Shown one piece after another: positions 17,436-27,381 of a stretch of 64,000 nt of DNA. The stretch's first letter is position 1. Every line of letters begins with the position of its first letter. The DNA comes from Escherichia phage vB_EcoP_PhAPEC7. Position numbers and translations under genes: made by a program. Location of the stretch: sequence record NC_024790.1, one strand, 5' to 3'. The notes beneath the pieces were generated by a model. That model had not been told where the DNA came from and did no database searches. It was given only the letters and a program-made list of their open reading frames with translations.

Positions 17436-18344
17436 AATCTACAAACAATTCCATCCGGTTCTAAATATGCCAAGAAGATTAAGAAATGCTTCGAAGCCCC
17501 ACCTGGCTGGGTATTTTGCGGTTTGGACTTCGCCTCGCTGGAAGACAGAATATCTGCATTGACTACTAAAGACCCCCAGAAACTTAAGGTATATACCGAT
17601 GGTTACGATGGTCATAGTCTTCGTGCGTATGCTTACTTTGGTGAGCAGATGCCAGACATTGTAGACACAGTTGAGTCAATTAATTCTATTCAGACGAAGT
17701 ATAAGCACCTGCGTAGTGATTCTAAAGCCCCAACCTTCTTGCTTACCTATGGTGGTACGTATATGGGCTTGATGAAAAACTGTGGCTTCTCAGAAGAGAA
17801 AGCTAAAACAACAGAGAAACGTTATCACGATCTCTATGTAGTTAGTGATATGTGGGTTCAGGCTAAGCTAGATGAAGCTGCCAAGACTGGTTATGTAACT
17901 GCTGCATTTGGTTTGAGAGTGCGTACTCCTTTACTGGCTCAGGTATTACGTGGGACATGTAAGACTCCATATGAAGCAGAAGCTGAAGGTAGAACTGCTG
18001 GCAATGCTTTAGGGCAAAGCTGGTGTCTATTGAATAACCGTGCTGGTTCAGAGTTTATGCGTAAAGTCAGAGCCAGTGAGTTCAGGTTAGATATACGCCC
18101 TAGTATTCACATTCATGATGCTCAATACTTCATGATTCGTGACAACATGGATACCTTGCAGTACACGAACAAGCATTTGGTTGAAGCCGTTAACTGGCAA
18201 GACCATCCTGATATTGCTCATCCAGAAGTTGGTTTGGGTGGGGAACTATCCTTGTTTTACCCAACGTGGGCTAACGAGATTGAGATTCCAAATCACGCTA
18301 CCCCAGAAGAAGTTAATCAAATAATTCAAAAGGCATTCGCATGA
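17436..18344 (+). CDS. DNA polymerase I (family A), exon 2 with polymerase motifs A, B and C
   Basis: Motif A DFASLEDR, motif B KAPTFLLTYGGTYMG, motif C HIHDA. The computed ORF 17421..18344 starts a few codons upstream in intron sequence. Confidence 0.85.
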   Translation, partial: NLQTIPSGSKYAKKIKKCFEAPPGWVFCGLDFASLEDRISALTTKDPQKLKVYTDGYDGHSLRAYAYFGEQMPDIVDTVESINSIQTKYKHLRSDSKAPTFLLTYGGTYMGLMKNCGFSEEKAKTTEKRYHDLYVVSDMWVQAKLDEAAKTGYVTAAFGLRVRTPLLAQVLRGTCKTPYEAEAEGRTAGNALGQSWCLLNNRAGSEFMRKVRASEFRLDIRPSIHIHDAQYFMIRDNMDTLQYTNKHLVEAVNWQDHPDIAHPEVGLGGELSLFYPTWANEIEIPNHATPEEVNQIIQKAFA

Positions 18345-18646
18345 CTAAAAGTACTAAAGAAACCGCCGTCAAAAAATATCATTGGATGGTGGCAGCACAG
18401 GTAATCTTCCAGCTTCCTAAAGCTGATGATGGTTCCCTGCTTACCATGAATACAATGCTGCTCACTGACGAACCTCATGTGACTTATAAAGATTTGGCCC
18501 GTGTTAATCACTCTCTGAAGATTAGTCTGGACCAGCGTTTCGACACCTCAGTTGACTTGAAAGACATTGTTTATCTATCCATCAATAACCTGGGTCTGAT
18601 GTCTGAACCAGAGTTCCAAGCAAACATGATTCCCAAGGGGGAATAA
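18341..18646 (+). CDS. Hypothetical protein
   Basis: 101-aa ORF overlapping the polymerase stop. Confidence 0.3.
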   Translation: MTKSTKETAVKKYHWMVAAQVIFQLPKADDGSLLTMNTMLLTDEPHVTYKDLARVNHSLKISLDQRFDTSVDLKDIVYLSINNLGLMSEPEFQANMIPKGE

Positions 18647-19113
18647 TGACTAAGCTCTCCGGTGGCCTTAATAACTACTATGTAGTTCCAATTAAGAATC
18701 CCCAACGGAAAGAGCAAGAGCCATATCAAGCAGAGTGTGAGGATATTATCCAAGCACTTGGCATGACCTTCGATGAAGGTTGTGCCTTTAAAGCTCTATG
18801 GCGAAATGCTGCTGCCCGTATGGGTAATGGTAAACCTGGTAACAAAGCCCTGTATGACTGTGAGAAGCTGGTTCATTACGCTAATCGTATTCTAGCTAAA
18901 GAAAGGTTAGCAGATGAATTACTTAACCGGAATAACACCACTATTGGAAGATGCTGGCATTACCCAGGAAAGGATAAACCTTACATAACAACGAACTTTC
19001 AATTCATTGAGGTAGCATACAAGGGTGAGTTGGATAATGTAGTCAGCTATAACTTCGATGAGATAGATGGTATTCGCTGGAACCAAGTTCACAGATACAG
19101 GATTACTTACTGA
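18646..19113 (+). CDS. DUF3310-like phage protein
   Basis: Segment YQAECEDIIQALGMTFDEGCAFKALWRNAAARMGNGKPGNKALYDCEKLVHYA resembles the DUF3310 signature (recalled, not searched). Confidence 0.35.
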   Translation: MTKLSGGLNNYYVVPIKNPQRKEQEPYQAECEDIIQALGMTFDEGCAFKALWRNAAARMGNGKPGNKALYDCEKLVHYANRILAKERLADELLNRNNTTIGRCWHYPGKDKPYITTNFQFIEVAYKGELDNVVSYNFDEIDGIRWNQVHRYRITY

Positions 19114-20093
19114 TGAAGATAACCAACAACCATGATGTCTCGCTGGCCCTGGCTGTATGGCTATTACATGACGAATATGATTACGTAGACAATCCTAAGT
19201 ACCTGTCTGCTACTACATTGCTTAAGCCTATTAAGCAAATCGTCATGAAGCATCGTGTAGATTTTAGTGACCAGTCAATTGATGTTATGGATTTCGTCTC
19301 CACATCAATGGGTACTGGCTTACATGACTCTATTGAGAAAGCCTGGAAGCTAGGTCATAAGACTGCATTGAAGAAGCTAGGTTATCCTCAGCGAGTAATT
19401 GATGCAGTAGTCATTAACCCAACCAAAGCAGACTTTGCTGCTAACCCTGACCTTATCCCAATCTACATTGAACAGCGTGGAACCAAGGTAGTTAAGGGTT
19501 GGACCATCGGTGGTAAGTTTGACATCGTAACGGAAGGTCTGTTGCAAGACTTCAAGTCTACCTCAACCTATTCTTGGGTTGCTGGTTCCCGTGATGATGA
19601 ACACAAGATGCAAGGCAGCTTGTACCGTTGGATTCACAACGACATCATTACTGAGGATGTAATTCGTATTAACTACATCTTCACCGACTTCATGAAACAC
19701 ATGGCTAATAGCAATCCAAACTATCCTGCTAATCGTATTATGCATAAGGATATTCCGTTGCTGTCTGCTGAGAAGACTGAACGTTGGGTGGAAGAGAAGA
19801 TTCACTTCATCGAAAAGTACTGGGATGCACCTGAAGAGGAAATCCCTGAATGTACTGATGAGGAGTTGTGGCGAACAGAGCCACAGTTCAAATACTTCTC
19901 TGATGCTTCTAAGGTAGATGTACCTGGAGCCAGGAGTACCAAAAACTTTGACGATATGGCATCTGCCCGTATCTTCATGGCTGAAAAAGGTGGCAAGGGT
20001 GCTATCAAGGTCGTGGAGGGGCAGGTTAAACGTTGTTTATATTGCCCTGTCGCGTCCATTTGCAAACAAAGAGAGAGATATTTTCCATCATGA
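19113..20093 (+). CDS. Putative nuclease with C-terminal cysteine cluster (Cas4/RecB-like)
   Basis: C-terminal CLYCPVASIC (C-x2-C-x5-C); replication-module position. Confidence 0.4.
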   Translation: MKITNNHDVSLALAVWLLHDEYDYVDNPKYLSATTLLKPIKQIVMKHRVDFSDQSIDVMDFVSTSMGTGLHDSIEKAWKLGHKTALKKLGYPQRVIDAVVINPTKADFAANPDLIPIYIEQRGTKVVKGWTIGGKFDIVTEGLLQDFKSTSTYSWVAGSRDDEHKMQGSLYRWIHNDIITEDVIRINYIFTDFMKHMANSNPNYPANRIMHKDIPLLSAEKTERWVEEKIHFIEKYWDAPEEEIPECTDEELWRTEPQFKYFSDASKVDVPGARSTKNFDDMASARIFMAEKGGKGAIKVVEGQVKRCLYCPVASICKQRERYFPS

Positions 20094-22243
20094 GTATTGA
20101 CCTTACCGGAGTAGTGCACCATCCAGCGATTGAAGAAATCGTAGATGTGCTCTGCAATAAAACCCAGAATAACGACCGGGGATTCTTCCGTGTCGAAGTG
20201 GCCTACTTCTTGGCTAAAATGGCATCCTGCATGGGTGCAACCATCGTAACTAAAGACCGTGGTGACCTGCCAGTAAACATCTACGCTATGGCGTTGGCTA
20301 CATCTGGTTTCGGTAAAGGTCACTCGGTAAATATCATTGAAGACGGGTTCATGACTGGCTTCCGTAAGCGTTTTATGGAAGACACCATGCCCGTCATTGC
20401 AAATGACCGTCTATGGAAGATTGCTAACGAACGTGCTGCTCGTCAAGGCACAGACCAGAATGATGAGTTCGATAAAGTTGAAGCAGAGTATAAACGTGCT
20501 GGGGCATTCCCATTCACATTCGACTCTGGTACAGCACCTGCTGTAAAACAGCTTCGTCACAAACTACTTATGGCTGGTTGTGGTGCTATTAACTTACAGA
20601 TTGATGAGATTGGTTCCAACCTCATTGCCAACGTTGAAGTGCTTAACCTGTTCCTTGAGTTGTATGACCAGGGGAAAGTAAAACAGAAGTTAACCAAGAA
20701 CACTGCTGAAAGTGTTCGTGGTGAAGAACTGGATGGTAAGACTCCCGCTAACCTGCTGCTGTTCGGTACTCCGAGTAAGCTGCTGGATGGTGGTCAGACT
20801 GAAGACCAGTTCTATGACTTCCTCGATACAGGGTATGCACGTCGTTGTCTGTTTGCCATTGGGCACTTAGACAAGCGAGCACATGCAACGCTGACTCCGG
20901 AAGAAATCTACCGTAACCTGATTAAGCAGGATAACGTTCAGTCTCTTGGTAAGTGGGCTAACCACTTCCATAGTCTGGCTGACCCAAACCTGTTTGGCTT
21001 TAAGATGATTGTGGAAGATGCAGTGGGTATTGCTCTGATTACTTACAAAATTGATTGTGAGAAAAAAGCAGAAGCTATGGCTGACCACGAAGAAATTCGT
21101 AAGGCTGAAATCTCTCATCGTTACTTCAAAGCTCTTAAACTGGCAGGTGCACTGGCGTTTGTTGATCAGAGTTCATTCATTGAGATGTCTCACCTTAAAC
21201 AAGCAATCCTGCTAGTAGAAGAATCCGGGGCAGCATTCCAAGGTATTCTCAATCGTGAGAAAGCCTATGTGAAGCTGGCTAAGTACATTGCATCCGTAGG
21301 TAAAGAAGTGACTCATGCTGACTTGCTGGAGTCGTTGCCGTTCTATAAGAGTGGCAATGCAGCTCGCAATGAGATGATGACTCTTGCTACAGCATGGGGT
21401 TACAAACAGCACATCATTATTAAGAAGACATTCAATGAAGGTATTGAGTTCTTCCGTGGTGAGACTCTGAAAGAGACTAACACCAATGAGATGCTGGTGG
21501 CATATAGTGATAGCTTTGCTTATGACTATGTTGGTGAACGTGTACCGTTTGACCAGCTACATGTATTAACCCAAGCTCACGGTATGCACTGGGTGAACCA
21601 TCACATGAAGAATGGGCATCGTTCTGAAGAGAACGTTATCCCAGGATTTAACATGATTGTTATTGACTGTGATGGTGGAGTACCACTGCATACGTGCCAT
21701 GAGCTGATGAAGGAATATAAGTTCATGACCTATACCACTAAGCGTCATACCGACGAAGAGAACCGCTTCCGTCTGATTATTCCAATGAACTATGAGTTAC
21801 ACCTCGATACCGAGGAATACAAAGAGTTCATGAATAACGTTATGGCTTGGCTACCATTCGAAACGGATGAGTCTGCTAACCAACGAGCCAAGAAGTGGAT
21901 GTCCTGTGAGACTGGTTCCTATCATTACAACCTTGATGCGAATCTGTTGGATGTACGTGACTTTATTCCTCGTACCAGTAAGAACGAGCAGTTCCAGAAC
22001 CAGATGAAGGAAGTTCAGTCGTTGGACAATCTGGAGCGTTGGTTCGCTGGTCGTATTGCCTCCGGTAATCGTAATAATCAAATGATTAAGTACGCACTGG
22101 CATTAGTAGACAGTGGTTGGGACTTTGCTCAAGTACAGCAAGCCGTCTACTCATTCAATAAGAAACTGGCTAATCCATTACCAGATGATGAATTGAATGC
22201 AACTGTAATGGTCACCGTGGCTAAACGCTTCGCTGGCAAGTAA
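20090..22243 (+). CDS. Putative DNA primase (N4 gp43-like by size and position)
   Basis: About 717 aa from the ATG at 20090, which overlaps the upstream stop; sits between nuclease and ATPase as in N4-like replication modules. No motif confirmed. Confidence 0.35.
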   Translation: MSIDLTGVVHHPAIEEIVDVLCNKTQNNDRGFFRVEVAYFLAKMASCMGATIVTKDRGDLPVNIYAMALATSGFGKGHSVNIIEDGFMTGFRKRFMEDTMPVIANDRLWKIANERAARQGTDQNDEFDKVEAEYKRAGAFPFTFDSGTAPAVKQLRHKLLMAGCGAINLQIDEIGSNLIANVEVLNLFLELYDQGKVKQKLTKNTAESVRGEELDGKTPANLLLFGTPSKLLDGGQTEDQFYDFLDTGYARRCLFAIGHLDKRAHATLTPEEIYRNLIKQDNVQSLGKWANHFHSLADPNLFGFKMIVEDAVGIALITYKIDCEKKAEAMADHEEIRKAEISHRYFKALKLAGALAFVDQSSFIEMSHLKQAILLVEESGAAFQGILNREKAYVKLAKYIASVGKEVTHADLLESLPFYKSGNAARNEMMTLATAWGYKQHIIIKKTFNEGIEFFRGETLKETNTNEMLVAYSDSFAYDYVGERVPFDQLHVLTQAHGMHWVNHHMKNGHRSEENVIPGFNMIVIDCDGGVPLHTCHELMKEYKFMTYTTKRHTDEENRFRLIIPMNYELHLDTEEYKEFMNNVMAWLPFETDESANQRAKKWMSCETGSYHYNLDANLLDVRDFIPRTSKNEQFQNQMKEVQSLDNLERWFAGRIASGNRNNQMIKYALALVDSGWDFAQVQQAVYSFNKKLANPLPDDELNATVMVTVAKRFAGK

Positions 22244-22299
22244 GCAAACAGGAGTCTTTCTTTGGTTTGAAGGACTCCTAAACTAAACGAGGAAAAATA

Positions 22300-22632
22300 A
22301 TGTCCGAAGAAATCTCCAACGATATGAACACTCAGCTAATCCTGATTGCAGGATTCTCAGCTAGTGGTAAATCAGCATCACTGCGTAATATCCGGAACCA
22401 GGAACGCTGGCTGTATCTGAATACAGAAGCGGGTAAACGTCTACCTTTCCGTAATAAGTTCAACACCTACAATATCGAAGACCCATACCAGATTTGGGAA
22501 GCATTCGATGTTGCATCTCCTGGTGGTGAAATGGCAGACGATGTTGATGGCATCATTATCGACTCTGCTACCTTCATGATGGACATGCTGGAATCCCAGT
22601 ATGTATTACCATCTGCTAATACCCAAAAGGCT
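22300..22632 (+). CDS. RecA-like (AAA_24/Sak4-type) ATPase, exon 1
   Basis: Walker A GFSASGKSAS. Exon is exactly 111 codons and ends in U (..AAGGCU), which can pair with an internal guide GGCC 10 nt into the intron. Confidence 0.55.
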
Positions 22633-23404
22633 TAACTACTAAGGCCCGTTAGTCAGTAATGATTAATGATAACTGATTGAATTCAGGGAAACCCCTAACG
22701 TAAAGACGAGGGCAATCCTGAGCCAAGACTTAATCTTTCTCCGGTTTTTATTAACGGAGTTACAAACATGAGTAAGAAAAGATTCGGTAATGAATTACAT
22801 CCTCTGTATTACACATGGTTAACCATTAAACAGAGATGTGACAACCCTAAGCACGCTAGTTATAAAAACTATGGGGCTAGGGGGATAACTAGAGCAGAAG
22901 AGTTCTCTGACTTCAAAGTGTTTGCTGCCTATCTAGAATCATTAGATGGTTACGCAGACAGGGAGAGACTGGGTCTTACTTTAGATAGAATAGGTGGTTC
23001 ACTTGGCTATGTGCCAGGAAATCTGAGATAGGCAACTAGAACAACTCAGACCATTAATTCCAGAAAAAGAAGAACCAGTAAAGCTACCTACTTAGGGATA
23101 GGTTTAAACACCACTAAGAAAAAATGGTCAGCAAGAATCTGCAACGGTAATGAAAGAATCTTTGTAGGTAATTTTGATTCCGAGATTGAAGCTCTGAAAG
23201 CTAGAAATGCCTACATTATTGAGCATGGTTTACCTCATGCCATTCAAAAGATTAAGTAAGGTGCAACGACTATCCAGTAATGGAGTAGGGCAGAAGCTAA
23301 TGCTGCTCGAAGCGGTCAGCATCCTATCGTAATTAACGAGGATGAAGATATAGTCTGGACTGCATGGAAACATGCAGATGCAGGTAATGCTGCTGGGAGT
23401 GTAG
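22633..23404 (+). mobile_element. Group I intron in the ATPase gene, carrying a degenerate homing endonuclease gene
   Basis: Shares core elements with the polymerase intron: TTGAATTCAGGGAAACCC and GGGCAATCCTGAGCCAA (22676-22728), AAGGTGCAACGACTATC (about 23259-23277), GATATAGTCTGG plus a CTGCATGG..ATGCAG hairpin (about 23348-23380). Ends in G at 23404 just before exon 2. Boundaries inferred by analogy, plus or minus a few nt. Confidence 0.65.
22768..23258 (+). pseudogene. Homing endonuclease with AP2-like DNA-binding domain, interrupted by an in-frame TAG
   Basis: RBS GGAG then ATG at 22768. N-terminal half YYTWLTIKQRCDNPKHASYKNYGARGI...LDRIGGSLGYVPGNLR. TAG at 23029-23031 falls where related endonucleases have Trp. 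Frame then continues through an AP2-like segment (YLGIGLNTTKKKWSARICNGNERIFVGNFDSEIEALKARNAYIIEHG) to TAA at 23256-23258. Confidence 0.5.
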
Positions 23405-23848
23405 TTGCGTACACTCTTGAACGTATCGTGGGGAGACTTTGCACAGTTCTTTAAAGTACTGCTGCAACAGAAAGTCGTTAAGTTTGGTAAGCCGGTAATC
23501 ATTACTGCCCATGCCAAAGATGAACTCGACGAAGCTGCTGGTGTAATGAAAACATTCATCCCGGTCAAGGGTTCACTGAAGAACAATGGCCTTGAGGCTT
23601 ACTTTTCTACAGTGGTTTACGCAGAACGTGTAGACATTAAAGAACTGGAGAAGTACGGCAACAAGATGCTTGATATTACGGAAGAAGAACGTGACTTAGG
23701 CTATAAGCACGTATTCCAGACACGTCCAACCAAGAAGTCTGTTGGTAAACGTCTTCGCTCACCAATGGGTATGTTCGATAAGTCTCAGACTTACATTGAT
23801 AATGATGCCCAAAAACTCTTAGACCATCTGGCTGAATACTACGCTTAA
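23405..23848 (+). CDS. RecA-like (AAA_24/Sak4-type) ATPase, exon 2
   Basis: Frame is open immediately after the intron terminal G; preceded in frame by TAG at 23402-23404, so it cannot extend upstream. Spliced product would be about 259 aa. Confidence 0.5.
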   Translation: MRTLLNVSWGDFAQFFKVLLQQKVVKFGKPVIITAHAKDELDEAAGVMKTFIPVKGSLKNNGLEAYFSTVVYAERVDIKELEKYGNKMLDITEEERDLGYKHVFQTRPTKKSVGKRLRSPMGMFDKSQTYIDNDAQKLLDHLAEYYA

Positions 23849-23888
23849 GCGTTTGCCTGGTTGTTAATCACTTATTAGGAAAAATATT

Positions 23889-24692
23889 ATGTCACTGTTC
23901 GGTAACTTGAAAGAAAAGACCAAAAACGTTGAAGCTGCAAAAGACTCCCTTGGTGGTGGTGGCTTCGGTGCAAAAGAATCTGATATCTATACCGGTACTG
24001 TAAAAGTAGCTTACGTAGGTAAAGCTGACTCTGGTGCAGACTGGATGCAGTTAATCATCGAAAACCTGAAAGGTTCTGACGGCAATGATGCTGGTGAGTT
24101 CCGTGCCCAGGTATACTTTACTTCCGGTAATACTAAGGGCAATAAGCCAACTTACGAGAAGAACGGTAAAGAGTACTTCCTGCCTGGTTACACTGTCATT
24201 AATGACATGATGCTTATGGCTACTGGTTGTGAACTGCCAGATGCAGACTTCGAAGAGAAGATTGTTAAAGTCTATGACTTCGACCTGAAAGCTGAAACCA
24301 ATAAGTCTGTCATGGTTCCAGTTGATCTGGTTGGTCAGACTGTTACCTTCGCTCTGGAAAAGGTTCTGGAAGCTAAACAGGTTAAAGGTGACAACGGTTA
24401 CGTTGACTCCGGAGAAACTCGTGAAGTAAACGAGATTCAGAAAGTGTTTCACCCGGAACTGCTGGTCACAGTCGTCGAGGCTCAGGAAGCAGAGAAGGCT
24501 GAGAAAGAACTGACTCCGGAACTGGCTGTATTCTATGCAGCATGGTTGGAAAAGAACAAAGGTAAAACCCGTGATAAGACCAAGGGTTCTGCTGGTGGTA
24601 ATGGTAAAGGTGGCTTGCCTCCTAAACCAGGTGCAGGTGCTGGCACAGGTACTACTCCTGCCGGTGGTAAATCACTGTTCGGTAAGAAGTAA
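23889..24692 (+). CDS. Putative single-stranded DNA-binding protein (N4 gp45-like by size and position)
   Basis: 267 aa with Gly-rich C-terminal tail; position after the ATPase and before the resolvase. No motif confirmed. Confidence 0.3.
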   Translation: MSLFGNLKEKTKNVEAAKDSLGGGGFGAKESDIYTGTVKVAYVGKADSGADWMQLIIENLKGSDGNDAGEFRAQVYFTSGNTKGNKPTYEKNGKEYFLPGYTVINDMMLMATGCELPDADFEEKIVKVYDFDLKAETNKSVMVPVDLVGQTVTFALEKVLEAKQVKGDNGYVDSGETREVNEIQKVFHPELLVTVVEAQEAEKAEKELTPELAVFYAAWLEKNKGKTRDKTKGSAGGNGKGGLPPKPGAGAGTGTTPAGGKSLFGKK

Positions 24693-25273
24693 TGAAAATC
24701 CCAATTGTCGGTGCAGACATTAGTCTCCGCAATTGGGGATTGGCTCGTGGGATGCTGGACATTGAGTCTGGCGTCTTCGAGCAGGTCGAACTTAAACTGG
24801 TTCAAACTGAAGTTGACCACAACAAACAAGTTCGAACCAACTCCAAAGATATACAAGCCTCTCATGATTTGTTTCTTGGTTGTGAGGAATGGTTACGGTC
24901 TGCTAAAGCAGTATTCGTAGAAGTACCAGTAGGCTCTCAGTCTGCTAATGGTATGAAGTCCTATGGCGTATGCGTAGGATTAATCGGTGCATTTCGTGCA
25001 TTGGGTTGTCCAATCTTTGAAGTATCCCCAATTGAAAACAAACTTGCACTGGTAGGTGATAAAACTGCATCCAAAGACACGATGATTCGTGCTGCTCATG
25101 CCATCTATCCTGAAGCCAACTGGCTCATGGATAAGAAGGGCAAGCTTCTGAATAAGAATGAGCACTTAGCTGATGCAATCGGTGCAATCCACGCTGGTGT
25201 AAATCTCCCAGCTTTCCAGAATCTCCTTAAATTAATAGAGACACAATATGCAAATCGTTCTGAATCAGTCTGA
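24692..25273 (+). CDS. RuvC-like Holliday junction resolvase
   Basis: N-terminal IVGADISLRNWGLA with catalytic-type Asp; internal VFVEVP; C-terminal NEHLADAIGAIHAG. Confidence 0.5.
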   Translation: MKIPIVGADISLRNWGLARGMLDIESGVFEQVELKLVQTEVDHNKQVRTNSKDIQASHDLFLGCEEWLRSAKAVFVEVPVGSQSANGMKSYGVCVGLIGAFRALGCPIFEVSPIENKLALVGDKTASKDTMIRAAHAIYPEANWLMDKKGKLLNKNEHLADAIGAIHAGVNLPAFQNLLKLIETQYANRSESV

Positions 25274-25697
25274 AGTAGAAGCTGCTATTGAAGCTTATGT
25301 AAATGAACAAGTTAATCTTGCCGGGGACATTAATATCCTGGTGAATGCAGATGGTACTGCCACTATTGGTATCAACGAAGAGGTCGGTCATAGTGATGAC
25401 ACTCCACCCTTGGTAGAGAAGAAGACTCGCCGTCCTCGTAAGAACCCTCAAGAAGCCAAACACCGTCCGGTAGAACCGGAACCGGTTGTTGAGGATGAAG
25501 CCGAAGAAGAGGTAAAGGAAGAAGAAATCCAGACCTCTACTGGTGGACCGAGCGAGAGTTCTACGCCGGAACCTGAAGAAGCAGTAGCTGAACCAGAAGC
25601 ACAAGAAGAAGTTGTGCAGGAGGATGTTAAGGCTGAAGAACCAGCAGAGAAACCTGCTGCGAAGCCTTCACTGTTCGCTGGCCTGAAACGTAGTTAA
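25248..25697 (+). CDS. Acidic low-complexity protein
   Basis: C-terminal half is highly Glu/Pro/Ala-rich (PEPVVEDEAEEEVKEEE...); overlaps the resolvase 3-prime end. Confidence 0.35.
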   Translation: MQIVLNQSEVEAAIEAYVNEQVNLAGDINILVNADGTATIGINEEVGHSDDTPPLVEKKTRRPRKNPQEAKHRPVEPEPVVEDEAEEEVKEEEIQTSTGGPSESSTPEPEEAVAEPEAQEEVVQEDVKAEEPAEKPAAKPSLFAGLKRS

Positions 25698-25928
25698 TCT
25701 GGTAGGTGGCTCAGAAGCTGCTGCTAGGTGTGGTAGTGTTTATAGTCCTGATGCTATTACTGGTCAGGATTATAGACGTGTCGGCTCCATACATAGCTTT
25801 TATCATCACTGTCATTATCCTGTGGAAATGCAGTGGTAAACACGGTGGTGACAAGCCGCCAGAATAACAACAACCGAACCAGTGGGCTTTAATACTCTCC
25901 GAAGTCCATTGGTTCAACCGGGGTTAAT

Positions 25929-26099
25929 ATGAACAAATTTACTATTCACTGGCTCAATGGAAAGGTTAGTTCTTTCATGGGTGGAGAACCTGCTGAAGGA
26001 AACAAAGCATTCCACATTGATTCAGAAGGCTGCAAAATCTTAATACCGTATGTTTGGTATAAAGAGGGTGAAGTTGAAGCATTGAAAAAGAGTAGTTAA
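25929..26099 (+). CDS. Small hypothetical ORF (56 aa), not in the supplied track
   Basis: ATG..TAA frame read manually (MNKFTIHWLNGKVSSFMGGEPAEG...). Confidence 0.2.
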   Translation: MNKFTIHWLNGKVSSFMGGEPAEGNKAFHIDSEGCKILIPYVWYKEGEVEALKKSS

Positions 26100-26781
26100 T
26101 ATCGTGAAGGGTTCTGTCAGAATCCTTTGAGATAGGAACTCCTATCATAACCTTTCTTAACTTAATCTTTGCCGTATGGCACTGACGCTAGGGGTGGCCC
26201 CCCATCCGTCAGACAGACTATTTTAAGAATGGGTTATCTCAGAAAATGTAAAGCAACATTCGGGTTAATCAATGGCCTCTCCCTATAGGGGCCATTTCTG
26301 AATCTTAGGCTATATCCCAAAGGTTAGTATCTTTGGGATAAGGCTTCAGATCCCTTATCAAACTAACTGCTCAATGTTGAGTATATTAATTAACCCAGCC
26401 CACTAAGGGGGCGGGAGTTTAATGCCGGTAAGCATAAGCCCATCCGACTACAACATCGAAGTGTTAGGTCTTACATGCAATATAGGGTATAAAGGGAGGA
26501 TTCGTCCCCTCCCTCCTATTATGAACTATCGGAGAGTGCATTAGTTGATTAGCTGTGGAAGGTAGGCCGATGTCCACAAGTGTGGCCCAGAGCTAGTGTA
26601 CTCCCCGATAGTTTTCGTAGCGATTATGCGGTTTTTTAGAAACGAACCAATAACATAAATGCAAACGAAGAAGCGTATCTGATGGTCGCCTAACAGCGTA
26701 ACCTCAGTCAGGAGTGAGTCGTCCTGATTATCAAACGACCGTGGAGTTCTCCCGTCCATGTATTAGAAACGGGGGACCAAC

Positions 26782-27113
26782 TACCAGTTGCACGAGATGG
26801 CTTGATATGTTCAAGTTTGGACTAAGTGTGACACCGCTAGATTGGAGGGCTGCTGCGGTAAGCTATAGACTCCAACCGGAGGTTCGAATCCTTCACTGGT
26901 AACCAATTCAAAGTAGCACTGGCTCATATTAGTGGAACTCGAACCCATTGAGCAGACGAGATTAGCTAACTCTCAGTGCTACCCCTAATTGGAAGAATTA
27001 AGACGGGTCTGGTGAAGTAGATGGGGTTCAATTCCCCCCGGTGGAGTAATCCACTAGCGTGCTTGGTGCACGTATAAGACTTAGTACTGGTGGTTCGATT
27101 CCATCCCCCGTTA
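26782..27113 (+). other. Cluster of tRNA-like T-arm motifs and stable hairpins that do not fold into canonical tRNAs by hand
   Basis: Three GGTTC(G/A)A(A/T)TCC T-loop-like hairpins at 26878-26894, 27022-27038 and 27089-27105. The first is followed by ACTGGTA-A-CCA, and a perfect 7-nt partner TACCAGT lies at 26782-26788 (121 nt span). No anticodon arm found upstream of any of them. Also a GNRA-type tetraloop hairpin at 27041-27054 and a hairpin at 27058-27072. Confidence 0.3.
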
Positions 27114-27307
27114 CCTGAAGTCGCCAGGTACTTATGGCAAACGGGTAGTAACGAACTAGTCATTCGTCAAACGCCCACCCAATTATGAGTCAGCAAGAAC
27201 GCCTTCACTTAAACTTAAACAAAAAAGCTTAACGCAATGATTATGTAGGGGTATGTAAGGATTGCGAAGAAGGAGCCAGTTAGAGCCTGGCATGACTCAC
27301 CTATTAT

Positions 27308-27381
27308 GTCCGCTTAGCTTAGACTGGGAAAGCAACCGACTAATAATCGGAAGGTCACTGGTTCAAATCCAGTAGTGGACA
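27308..27381 (+). tRNA. tRNA, anticodon AAT (formally Ile); 74 nt, CCA not encoded
   Basis: Manual cloverleaf: acceptor GTCCGCT/AGTGGAC (one G-U), U8, D-stem GCTT/AAGC with G18G19, anticodon stem CCGA/TCGG with loop CTAATAA (U33, A37), T-stem ACTGG/CCAGT with loop TTCAAAT, discriminator A. Confidence 0.6.

Noticed and set aside
19802-20323. 173-aa minus-strand ORF
   Set aside because: It lies antisense across the nuclease/primase junction within a uniformly plus-strand operon.
26782-26905. Canonical tRNA ending at the ACTGGTA-A-CCA sequence
   Set aside because: The T-arm and 3-prime end look tRNA-like and a perfect acceptor partner exists, but it lies 121 nt upstream and I could not build a D-arm or anticodon arm. 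Kept as a tRNA-like element only.
27020-27113. Two further tRNAs at the T-loop-like motifs near 27027 and 27094
   Set aside because: No acceptor-stem partner at tRNA-compatible spacing and no anticodon arm immediately upstream of either T-arm by manual folding.
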